Below are positions 21,166-30,018 of a DNA stretch of 61,188 nucleotides, piece by piece (position 1 is the first letter of the stretch; each line of letters starts with the position of its first letter). The position numbers were made by a program, and so were the translations under genes. Source of the DNA: an uncultured Candidatus Saccharibacteria bacterium (GTDB lineage: Bacteria; Patescibacteriota; Saccharimonadia; Saccharimonadales; Saccharimonadaceae); the NCBI GenBank assembly GCA_964443395.1, contig CAYUCN010000001.1:1-61188 (forward strand), given 5' to 3'. The notes beneath the pieces were generated by a model. That model saw nothing but the letters and a program-made list of their open reading frames with translations, was not told the DNA's origin and searched no databases.

Positions 21166-22266
21166 ATGAACAATAAAAAAATCATTGAAGTTGATACCAA
21201 AACTTTTGTCCGTTTTTGGCTAGTGATTTTAGCCCTTGGGCTACTTGGACTCTTTATTTGGAAGGCTCTACCCGGCCTCATTATCGTTGGTATTGCCATC
21301 TTTTTAGCTATCGCCATTCAGCCCCTCGCCGCCCGCATCAATCGCCTTACTAAAAAAGACCACTCTTCCTTCTCCTCCGTACTCGCTTATGGTATTATTG
21401 TCATCGTTTTAGGTATTATTATTTCTGTCATCTTACCAGTCGTCATCGACGAATCCGTCCAATTCGTTCGCCAGCTTCCCGATACCTTCGAGAATACCAT
21501 TGGTGGATGGGATGGCATCAATAGCTTCGGCCAAACGATCGGCATCGACAACCTCCAAAAAGAAATCCTCACCGGCGTAGAGAATTTTTCCAACAGTTTC
21601 GTCAATGACTTTGGCAATATCCTTGTCTCTAGCGTCGGCACCGTCGCCCAAGTCGCCACCAACGTTGTCTTGGTTTTAGTGCTCACCCTACTCTTCTCTC
21701 TAGAAGGCCCCACCCTCGTCAAACAATTTTGGGCTACTATCGAAGGCAAACATAAGAATGATTCCATACGTAGCTGGCAGAAACTTGCTACTCGTATCGC
21801 CGAAGTCATTAGTACTTATGTCTCCAAACAAGTCACCGTAGCCGTTCTAGATGGTGCCGTCACTACCGTAGCTGTACTCTTGCTCTCTATTACTTGCGGT
21901 TTCTCCAGCAGCCTCGCCTTACCTATGGGCCTCATCGCCCTCGTCTTTTACCTCATCCCCATGTTTGGTCCCATTATCAGCTGCATCCTTATTACCATGC
22001 TTCTCTTCTTCAGCTCCCCAGTCGCTGCTATTATCTTCCTTATCTTCTATATCCTCTATGAACAAATTGAAAATAACTTCATCGCACCTAAGATCCAGGG
22101 CGATGCTCTCAATCTCCCTACTGCCCTCATCCTTACCGCTATCGTCATCGGCATGTACATGTTTGGCCTCATTGGCGCCATTATCGCCATTCCTATCGCC
22201 GGCTGCATTAAAGTCATCCTTGAAGAACTCCCCAATCTCCGCGAAGCCGGTATCCAAATCAGCTAG
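21166..22266 (+). CDS. AI-2E family transporter
   Basis: Multi-TM; LIPMFGP, YEQIENNFIAPKIQG, GLIGAIIAIP. Confidence 0.9.
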   Translation: MNNKKIIEVDTKTFVRFWLVILALGLLGLFIWKALPGLIIVGIAIFLAIAIQPLAARINRLTKKDHSSFSSVLAYGIIVIVLGIIISVILPVVIDESVQFVRQLPDTFENTIGGWDGINSFGQTIGIDNLQKEILTGVENFSNSFVNDFGNILVSSVGTVAQVATNVVLVLVLTLLFSLEGPTLVKQFWATIEGKHKNDSIRSWQKLATRIAEVISTYVSKQVTVAVLDGAVTTVAVLLLSITCGFSSSLALPMGLIALVFYLIPMFGPIISCILITMLLFFSSPVAAIIFLIFYILYEQIENNFIAPKIQGDALNLPTALILTAIVIGMYMFGLIGAIIAIPIAGCIKVILEELPNLREAGIQIS

Positions 22267-22443
22267 GATTATCACGCTTCGCGCTGGGCACATAACGAAC
22301 CTCTGACTTTCAGCTTAGCAGGATTATACCTTGCTAACGCAATGTATTTCGTTGGGCGTCACCTCGGAAGAGGAAACTAGTTCCCTCTTCACTCGGTTCC
22401 TACAACGACCGAACCTACGGTTCTCATCCAACCACTCCGTAGC

Positions 22444-22482
22444 ATAGAAAAAGCACAACCCAAGGGTTATGCTTTTTCTATG
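22444..22482 (-). terminator. Terminator hairpin directly after tRNA-Gln
   Basis: CATAGAAAAAGCACAACCC / GGGTTATGCTTTTTCTATG. Confidence 0.75.
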
Positions 22483-22555
22483 GCTGGACCGGCAGGATTC
22501 GAACCTGCGAATGCTGGGACCAAAACCCAGTGCCTTACCGCTTGGCGACGGTCCA
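22481..22555 (-). tRNA. tRNA-Gln (anticodon TTG)
   Basis: TGGACCGTCGCCAAGCGGTAAGGCACTGGGTTTTGGTCCCAGCATTCGCAGGTTCGAATCCTGCCGGTCCAGCCA; cloverleaf with encoded CCA. Confidence 0.97.
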
Positions 22556-22764
22556 ATACCACCTTAGTATACCACACTCTTCTCTTTTTGCCTAGCCCCA
22601 ATCCTCGAATCACAATACATCAAATTGTCAAAACTAACAAACTTGTGCTTGTTAATCTTGTTTAATATATGCTACAATGCCCATCAGAGCACAGGTTTAG
22701 CTTGTTATTTTACAGTTTAGTAGGGTGTGGAGTTGTATTTTGGAGGAAAGGAATCGGAGATACG

Positions 22765-22896
22765 ATGAATAAAATCAAACAACTGGTAGAGTTAGTAAGG
22801 GGTTTATTCCAACGCAAGGAAGAACCCGTTACAAAACAAAAAGATACTACTTCTAATGTTGGCATTATCAATATTAATGTCAACATTAAGAAGTAG
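22765..22896 (+). CDS. 43-aa small protein inside a foldback transcript
   Basis: GGAGGAAAGGA/GGAG upstream of ATG; TGCTACAAT near 22670. Confidence 0.5.
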   Translation: MNKIKQLVELVRGLFQRKEEPVTKQKDTTSNVGIININVNIKK

Positions 22897-23023
22897 CACT
22901 CTTCTTATTTCTCTAATTTAATTTTACTAAACTTATGCGTTTTATGCAAGCATATTTCTTAGGGAAATACTGCGAGAGCAGACTTGTGCTCTAATTTTAG
23001 CTGATCTTAATCAATCCTTACAA

Positions 23024-24667
23024 TTATCTCATCACACATCGTATTGGCAACCCCAGTGTTGCTGCATTAGAAAAACTCTGATTCGTCTGAGCAGCACCTG
23101 ACGTAATAAGCATATATGCTTTCTTCTTTCCATTAGGCTGTTCAGAAGCAGCAGCCGTAGATGAATAATATATAGCATTCTGAGATGCAAATGCTATCTG
23201 AGTGCTCACCTGTCCGGCAGTAACGAAATAATATGGAGCCACACGTACATCAACGTCATCGATTCTAGGGTCTGCTGCAAAAAGCCCATTAAAAGACCCG
23301 GCAGTTGTCACATCTTTGCCAGATAAGGGAAGGTTCCAGCCGCTCGGACATATACTGCCGCTAGCATTACTCTCCGCGGTGAGATCCTTGCCAGTACCAT
23401 TAGTAGCTGCAATAAAATTATAATATTTTCCTACAGCATAATGCTCGTAAGCTTGCGCGCTTAAGGCCGGAGCAAATGCAGAATACATTCTGCATGGTAT
23501 ATAATCTGATGTCATATCGCCATAATACCCTGGTGTCTTTGTACAACTCATTTTACCGTCGTTGCTAATGTACGAAGTCGCAGCAATAAAATCTTTATCA
23601 TATGTCTTAATCCAAGAAGAATCAATTTTGAAGGCTGGTATATCAGAAGTATTGACTTCCGACGCTAATTTCCATCCAAAACCAGTGCACGCAGAAAGGC
23701 TATTTGGATATTGACTCATGATACAGTTCTGCGATATGGTTGGATTAGCTAATACGTACTTTCCAGGATCGTAATAATAAGCATCTGAATCGGAACTTAT
23801 CCAATTGGATAGCGGATCAGTAATCTTAGTTCCTCCGCCATCGTAATCTAAATTTTGTGTCATCCAACATAGTCCGTCAGATTGTCTAGCAACCCAATAC
23901 CATTTATTATCACGAGTATCTTTCAGTCGGCCCTCGGTACCGATTGGAATAGTATTGCATTGAGCTTTTGTAAATCCCTGCATATTAGTATAGTTACCAA
24001 ACTGATTCCAATTTGCCACTTCCTCCACCCCCGCCACGGCAGAAAGCAGTATTCCAGTAGTATAATGTCCTGGTGTCGCATTGGCTCCAAACTTAGTAGC
24101 AAAGTTAATGGTAAAGTTTCTGGTTTCTCCTGTGGACGTAGAAGAATATGCTGGGTTTAGTGCTGTAGTAGCACTATCTGGTACTGGATTATACTTTAAG
24201 TTCTCTGGTGTTGCTCCTGTACTATCTACCGCATATCCCCAAGTATTATCCGTGAACTCACTTGTTGGTGTATCTACCTTTACAAAGTCTACTGTAAGGC
24301 TTCCATTTGTGAGTTTATTCGTACTTCCAGGAGCCGTTTGTACATATACATTATATCCATCTACATTAGCTGTAGTAACTGTAAACCCACTACTTATATA
24401 GTTTACTTGTCCTGTCTTAGAATTATTCGTTAATGTATTCGCATCACCATCCATCCTTAGCGATACACTCATTCCGTCTGCTTGTGTACTAATCCCTTCT
24501 TCCGCATAAGCACTTCCATTACTACCTATACCACCATTCATACTATTGCTAAGCCCAGTAGGATTAATACATATCCCGCCTAACAAAAGCAAAGCAAGCA
24601 TGCAACCAATTGGAATACTATGAACAATTTTTCTTCGTTTAAAGTTATTATTCTTTTTATAGCGCAT
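23024..24667 (-). CDS. Surface protein: signal peptide, WxL-like domain, FISUMP (Fib_succ_major) domain
   Basis: DTRDNKWY..CWMTQNL, GKYYNF, SICPSGWNLP, C-terminal IRCV; AAGGAGG RBS. Confidence 0.85.
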   Translation of the reverse strand: MRYKKNNNFKRRKIVHSIPIGCMLALLLLGGICINPTGLSNSMNGGIGSNGSAYAEEGISTQADGMSVSLRMDGDANTLTNNSKTGQVNYISSGFTVTTANVDGYNVYVQTAPGSTNKLTNGSLTVDFVKVDTPTSEFTDNTWGYAVDSTGATPENLKYNPVPDSATTALNPAYSSTSTGETRNFTINFATKFGANATPGHYTTGILLSAVAGVEEVANWNQFGNYTNMQGFTKAQCNTIPIGTEGRLKDTRDNKWYWVARQSDGLCWMTQNLDYDGGGTKITDPLSNWISSDSDAYYYDPGKYVLANPTISQNCIMSQYPNSLSACTGFGWKLASEVNTSDIPAFKIDSSWIKTYDKDFIAATSYISNDGKMSCTKTPGYYGDMTSDYIPCRMYSAFAPALSAQAYEHYAVGKYYNFIAATNGTGKDLTAESNASGSICPSGWNLPLSGKDVTTAGSFNGLFAADPRIDDVDVRVAPYYFVTAGQVSTQIAFASQNAIYYSSTAAASEQPNGKKKAYMLITSGAAQTNQSFSNAATLGLPIRCVMR

Positions 24668-24970
24668 ACTTGCCCTCCTTGGTTTAGTTTTACATAAACC
24701 CTTAAAGTAGTGCTGCAGAATATTTAGAGCATCAAAAACTATGCTTGAGTTTTATTCTTCTATAGAAGATATATTATAGAATAGATCTTTATATCATAAG
24801 CCTCAATGAGTTATATACATAGATATATGACATAAAGGAATACTATGATATGTCATATATACTCATTTTACTTTGCTAAAAGACTTCTTCTGAACAGTAT
24901 CTCCTATAATCTTTCCTCAAGATTTATTGCTTCTTAGTTTTTGTATATAAGTAATAGAGTTTACCCTAAA

Positions 24971-25116
24971 TACAAAAACAGCACCACAAGGGTGTTAAAG
25001 CAATCACTGAGAGACCTGTCGGTTCACCAATAATTAGCGCCTTATGGTGCTGTCCTCACGGTGAAAACGACGCAGATTTCCTAACAAAAATCCGACAAAC
25101 AATGATTGCTTTAACA
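24971..25116 (-). ncRNA. Structured leader RNA upstream of FISUMP gene, copy 1
   Basis: Starts just after TAGGCG-17-TATAAT (25150-25122); P1 TGTTAAAGCAATCATTG/CAGTGATTGCTTTAACA; loop ACAGCACCATAAGG complementary to tail CCTTGTGGTGCTGT; U-tract. Confidence 0.7.
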
Positions 25117-25232
25117 ATTCCATTATACCAAACTTTCGCGCCTGCGCCTAGTCTTGTAAATAACAATAATCATTATATAACATTCTTCATTCCCCGCCCT
25201 CTCCTCCTACTTAAGTATAGGAAAAGGTATAA

Positions 25233-26009
25233 TTATCTAGCGACACAGCGGACGGAGCTGCCGTCGTAGCGATAGAGGCTGCCGGACGGGGTAAAGTTAC
25301 TAATATTGAAGCTCAAGAGGTATGCGTTGTAGGAATCGATGGCTGTAGAGGACCAATAGTACCCGCTGGAGTTAGCGTAGTTCAGAGAGCTATTATTGAC
25401 ATATCCGCCAAAGAAGAAACTAAGTGGAGTTTGAGTTAATTTGCCACCGTTACTACCTATACTATAAGTTGTAGTTAGTTTACCAAAAGGCTTTTGGTTA
25501 GCATCAGTATTGTTGTTAGTAGGTAATTGCCAGCCCTTGGGGCAAATGCTAGATGGGGCGTTTCCACTAGTAATCTTAGCATCGCCCGTACCAGCCGTAG
25601 CTGCAAACCAAGAATAATGTGCGCCATAGGTAGTATTGTTATTATAGTACACCCTAGACTGATAAGTGTCATTGTTAGAAAAGTACTGTGGGGTATCATT
25701 AGCTGGAGTTTTATCTAAAGCTACGGATGCAGGTAGATAGTAATTGCCTGTAACGTCAGAATCATCCGGAGTAAGCAGCTTGCTGACAATTCTTAGGTTT
25801 TGGGTCATCCAACAGTTACCATCAGCCAACTTGGCAATAGTATAAGTACTGCCATCCCTAGAATCAGTCAATGTCTTAGTAGGTACAGTAGTAGCACTAG
25901 CAGCTGGTGTAGCTTGGCTATTGCAAGCTGACGGGTTCATATCTTGCATATAGACTAGTTGATCCCAAGTTTTAGCTGTCTCCTGCGCTCCCGCGGCGAT
26001 ACCCATCAC
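25233..26009 (-). pseudogene. 5'-truncated FISUMP gene (no signal peptide) with DGR-like variable C-terminus
   Basis: Close paralog of the C-half of 32544-34109 (KTWD.LVYMQDMNPSAC, DGNCWMT, SICPKGWQLP, SVRCVAR); no RBS or secretion signal. Confidence 0.7.
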
Positions 26010-26097
26010 AACAAGATAAGAAGTCCTTACATGCCGCAGCTTCCAATTTTATATTTTTAGACTATCCAAGACCACCAGTTTCGTGATACAATAGAAA

Positions 26098-26248
26098 TGT
26101 TTAAACAGTTTATCGAATACAACAAGCCTCAGACTTTTATTATAGTCTACAGCTTTCACCACGGAAACAGCACCATAAGGTGGCAATTCGGTGAATCTGT
26201 ATGGTTTGTCGATAAGCTGTTTAAACACCCTTGTGGTGCTGTTTTTGT
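26098..26248 (+). ncRNA. Structured leader RNA upstream of FISUMP gene, copy 2
   Basis: TGATACAAT just upstream; P1 TGTTTAAACAGTTTATCGA/TCGATAAGCTGTTTAAACA; TTCACC/GGTGAA stem; same loop-tail complementarity. Confidence 0.7.
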
Positions 26249-26358
26249 ATTTAGAAATAATTATAAAAATGGCAAAACGCGCTATAAACGCATAAGCTAT
26301 GCCATCTTTTTGATACCCACAATCTCACCACACCCAAACCATAAACAGGAGGAGATTA

Positions 26359-27795
26359 ATGCTAAAATTACAAAATACCAAACATAAACTAGGAATGACG
26401 ATATGTTCTATCGGAATAATCAATCTTTCCTTTTGGAGTTTTCTTAACCTTAGTTATGCTCCAAAATACGCCCATGCCACCGAAGACACCAAAACCATCG
26501 ACGACATCAAATATATGCAAGAAATGTCTCCGCACGTCTGTGAATCTATGAAAGAATCCACTGCTACAGTAGATAATCAAAAACGACTAATCGACCATCG
26601 CGATGGTAAAAGCTATTGGGTAGCAAAGTTTAAGGATGGTAGATGCTGGATGACACAAAATCTCGATTTAGGCCTCTGGAAAGGAGATAATGAAACCGGT
26701 AGTGGCAGTATACTAACTAGTGCAGATTCCGATATAATTAGTGACTGGACTTCAACTACTGGAGCTTCGACATTATGGACGGGGAGCCTCGATAATCCTA
26801 ATATAATAAAATATTATGATCCAGGAAATAAATACTGCACCAATAATAGAACGGACAAATGCGATTTAATTACCAGTAATAATAACGGCCATGACAGTCA
26901 AGGTAATTATTATAGTTGGGGAGCAGCGACAGTCGGTACGACTTCTAATATGAATAACGATGGTGATATTACGTCTTCTAGTATTTGCCCTAAGGGTTGG
27001 AAATTACCGCTAAGTGGAGCACGCTATAGTAACGGCATCTATTCTAACGATACCGTAAGTGGATCATTTAAATACTTAATGACTCATCAAGGTATTACGA
27101 CGGATGATGCAGCAGCTAGCTCCGCCTTGCTTTCTGCGCCATTATATTTCATTTATAGCGGATACGTTACCGACAATCTTCTAGGCGGCGTTGGTTCTGG
27201 CGGCCATTATTGGTCATCTACAGTTACCAACACTATTAGCATATATAGCTTAGTATTCATAGGTAGCTCCGCCAATCCATCCAATAACAGTATTCGTTTT
27301 AGCGGACATTCTATCCGCTGCGTGAATAGCGACACTTTTTATGATTGGCAAGCCCCAGAAGAAGATAACGCTAATATAAATGTCACTATACCTACAATAT
27401 TAACCGTAGAAGCCTCAAGTAATGTAGATCCTAATATAACTCCTAATAATATTACTGATGGTACTATTACCGCTACAGTAAGCAGCAATACAGAATACAA
27501 TATATTCTTAAGCGCCGACCAACCTAATCTAATTAATAGTAAGAACCCAGAAGGACCTAATATCCCCGCCAACATTAATGTATCTCCAAATACTAATGCT
27601 TGGGCTATCAAGGATGACAGTACAGGCAATACCTATAAAGCCATCAAAACTGCTACCGATACTTTCTATAATACTAAAACTACAGACACTCTAGGCAATG
27701 ATATCTATACCTATGGCCTCGGCATCTCCATTGCACCCTCGTTGCCTGCTGGTACTTATAGTACTACCGTCACCATCACCGCCTCTACGAAATGA
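26359..27795 (+). CDS. Surface protein: signal peptide, FISUMP domain, C-terminal WxL-like domain
   Basis: DHRDGKSY..CWMTQNL, GNYYSW, SICPKGWKLP, YWSST, SIRCV; ends PAGTYSTTVTITA. Confidence 0.85.
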   Translation: MLKLQNTKHKLGMTICSIGIINLSFWSFLNLSYAPKYAHATEDTKTIDDIKYMQEMSPHVCESMKESTATVDNQKRLIDHRDGKSYWVAKFKDGRCWMTQNLDLGLWKGDNETGSGSILTSADSDIISDWTSTTGASTLWTGSLDNPNIIKYYDPGNKYCTNNRTDKCDLITSNNNGHDSQGNYYSWGAATVGTTSNMNNDGDITSSSICPKGWKLPLSGARYSNGIYSNDTVSGSFKYLMTHQGITTDDAAASSALLSAPLYFIYSGYVTDNLLGGVGSGGHYWSSTVTNTISIYSLVFIGSSANPSNNSIRFSGHSIRCVNSDTFYDWQAPEEDNANINVTIPTILTVEASSNVDPNITPNNITDGTITATVSSNTEYNIFLSADQPNLINSKNPEGPNIPANINVSPNTNAWAIKDDSTGNTYKAIKTATDTFYNTKTTDTLGNDIYTYGLGISIAPSLPAGTYSTTVTITASTK

Positions 27796-27852
27796 TAACT
27801 AAATAAACTACGTACGTAGTCTTTCTGGAGCATCCGAAGATTGCAAAGCCAT

Positions 27853-28123
27853 AAGTCTCTAGCACTTTCACTATAAGTGAGCGTTTTCAAAATAAACGGA
27901 TATAAGCTAGACCTATGCTATACAATTTTAGCGAGCATAGACCACCTTCTTTGCGAGTAATGTATATTCCTGACGCAGCCGACAGGTTCGCCCGTAGGGC
28001 GGTTCTGCCGGACTGCCAGAGTATGACATTACGAACAAAGATGGCATGAGATAAAATTCGTATAGCATAGGTCTAGCTTTTTGTAACGTTGCCGGTGAAC
28101 ATCAGCGAAAGTGCTAGAGATTT
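27853..28123. repeat. MITE/REP-like foldback element, family A copy 2, with nested hairpin 27904-28079
   Basis: Same ends as 14721-14862; inner perfect 20-bp IR AAGCTAGACCTATGCTATAC. Confidence 0.75.
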
Positions 28124-28677
28124 TATTTATAGTACACCCTACCCTCCACTCTAATATCAGCATACGCCGGCTCCAAATTATGTTCTTTCAGATAGCGCAA
28201 CACCCTATCCGCATCTTCCGCCGTCACCGCCGTATCTCTATCCGTATTCACTTTTAGGTAAGTATTATATCCTTCCAAATCCACATATAATTCCCTGCTC
28301 ATCCCCGTCGGTAGAATCACCTGCGTAATCGTATAGCCTAAATCTTGCATATCTTGTTCTAGCTGCGCAATGTAACTTTTTGTCCGGCTAGAAATCTGCC
28401 CGCGGTTGTCTTCATCCACAATAGTCGCCCGCATAATATATTCTGCCGTCTGAGTTTTATTTTCGCTTTCGTATTGCTCGTACACATTTTTACCAGTCGT
28501 ATACGCCAGCAACGCCAAAACCGCCAACACCAACGCTGCCATTACTACCGACGTCTTATGCTTACGCCTCTGCCGCTCATGTTCTTGCAGCCGTTCCGAG
28601 TCCGACTCTGCCCGTTCGCGCTCTGCTACTATCGTCTGACCGCGCTTTAGCCGCTTCATTTTATTTTGCCCACGCAT
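28123..28677 (-). CDS. ftsQ: FtsQ-like cell division protein
   Basis: Basic N-terminus, single TM, C-terminal YADIRVEGRVYYK; follows murG. Confidence 0.6.
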   Translation of the reverse strand: MRGQNKMKRLKRGQTIVAERERAESDSERLQEHERQRRKHKTSVVMAALVLAVLALLAYTTGKNVYEQYESENKTQTAEYIMRATIVDEDNRGQISSRTKSYIAQLEQDMQDLGYTITQVILPTGMSRELYVDLEGYNTYLKVNTDRDTAVTAEDADRVLRYLKEHNLEPAYADIRVEGRVYYK

Positions 28678-28686
28678 TTTTACTTT

Positions 28687-30018
28687 TTATTTCCTTTTCG
28701 TCTTCGCTCTCTTCACTTGCTTCTTCTGTATCCTCTTTGCATTCTTATCTTCCACTTTCTTCAATTTCGCTTGCTCCTTTTCCGCTACTCTCTGCTCGCT
28801 CACGTCTATAAGGATTTGCGCCAACCTCTCCGCCGCATCCGGCGTCGCCTGCGCATGTAGCTTCTCTGCCAAAGATCTCCGCACTTTTGGCGACCGTACT
28901 AAACGTCGTATCTCATTTAGTAAGATTTGCGGCTTCCTGCGCATCTTCTCATCCGGTACCATTACTACTGCCTCTAAATCTTTCAATTTCTCCGCATTCT
29001 TCAGCTGATGCGCCCCCGGCAGCCGCTCAAACGGCACTAATATCACCGCCTTCTTTAGCGCTGCCAACTCCGCAATCGTCGTCGCCCCCGCCCGGCTCAC
29101 TACTACATCCGCCGCCCCCATCAGCTCATGCATCGCCGAGTTAAACTCCCACATCCTAAAGTTTGACTGCAGCTTTGCCTTATCCCACTCCTCATACCGC
29201 TTTAAATCCACCACTTCTTCATAATATTTTCGCCCCGCCACTAATCCCACGCTCGTATATTTCAATAACTCTGGCAAAATTTCATGCACCGCCTGGTCAA
29301 TATTCTGCGACCCTTGGCTACCCCCCGTTATTACCACTAGCGGACGTTCTGAATCATAGCCAAAACCCTTCTTCAAATTTCTCTGCTGCGCTTCCGTCAC
29401 TACTTTAAACTCCGGCGCCACTGGCACACCTACGTTTACCACACAGCCGCCTTCTACCTTTAATCCATCCCAGCCGCTCGCAATCACCGCCGCATGCTTC
29501 ATTAACACTCTGTTTGCTAAACCTGGCACCATATCCGACTCATGTACTACATATGGTATCTTAAACCAACTCGCCACTAAGCCCACCGGCAGCCCTACAA
29601 ATCCCCCTTTCAAAAAGATCACATTAGGACGCTTACTCGGCAACAATAACCTCCAAAAACTCTGCATAATCCCCCCTACAAACCCAAAGAATCCAACAAT
29701 ATTTCCAAAAATCAAATCCTTAAACACTATTCCTAGATGTTTCAGCCAATCTTTCCATGTCCACCCCGCATACCGACGGAACTTCCCTGACCAGATCTTC
29801 CTTACCCGTATATATGGAATCCGTCGGTTTCCTTCTTGTGCATGCGACCCCCAACGTACTCCGATTTCTGTTGTAATTTTTACAACATTTTTATAATACT
29901 TCCTATCCGTCCAAAATTCCACCTTCGTTCCGGGCAGTTTTTTCAATAATTCTCTCACCACCGCCACTGCCGGCGTAATATGACCACCGCTGCCACCACC
30001 TACTACTAAAACCTTCAT
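28687..30018 (-). CDS. murG: Lipid II N-acetylglucosaminyltransferase MurG
   Basis: GGGSGGHITP, KGGFV, HESD..PGLAN, GGSQGS, SRAGA, HQLKNA. Confidence 0.95.
   Translation of the reverse strand: MKVLVVGGGSGGHITPAVAVVRELLKKLPGTKVEFWTDRKYYKNVVKITTEIGVRWGSHAQEGNRRIPYIRVRKIWSGKFRRYAGWTWKDWLKHLGIVFKDLIFGNIVGFFGFVGGIMQSFWRLLLPSKRPNVIFLKGGFVGLPVGLVASWFKIPYVVHESDMVPGLANRVLMKHAAVIASGWDGLKVEGGCVVNVGVPVAPEFKVVTEAQQRNLKKGFGYDSERPLVVITGGSQGSQNIDQAVHEILPELLKYTSVGLVAGRKYYEEVVDLKRYEEWDKAKLQSNFRMWEFNSAMHELMGAADVVVSRAGATTIAELAALKKAVILVPFERLPGAHQLKNAEKLKDLEAVVMVPDEKMRRKPQILLNEIRRLVRSPKVRRSLAEKLHAQATPDAAERLAQILIDVSEQRVAEKEQAKLKKVEDKNAKRIQKKQVKRAKTKRK

Noticed and set aside
24971-25116. HDV-like ribozyme, T-box or a known riboswitch class for the FISUMP leader
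   Set aside because: No P4/catalytic-C segment between P1 and the tail, no T-box motif, and no aptamer consensus that I recognise
26097-26387. 96-aa ORF over leader copy 2 and 62-aa ORF 34411-34599 over copy 3
   Set aside because: The copies share structure rather than a conserved protein; treated as chance frames, though a leaderless uORF is not fully excluded
22556-27850. Classical tRNA-integrated genomic island
   Set aside because: The FISUMP region lies 5' of the tRNA, with no integrase and no duplicated tRNA 3' end at the far side
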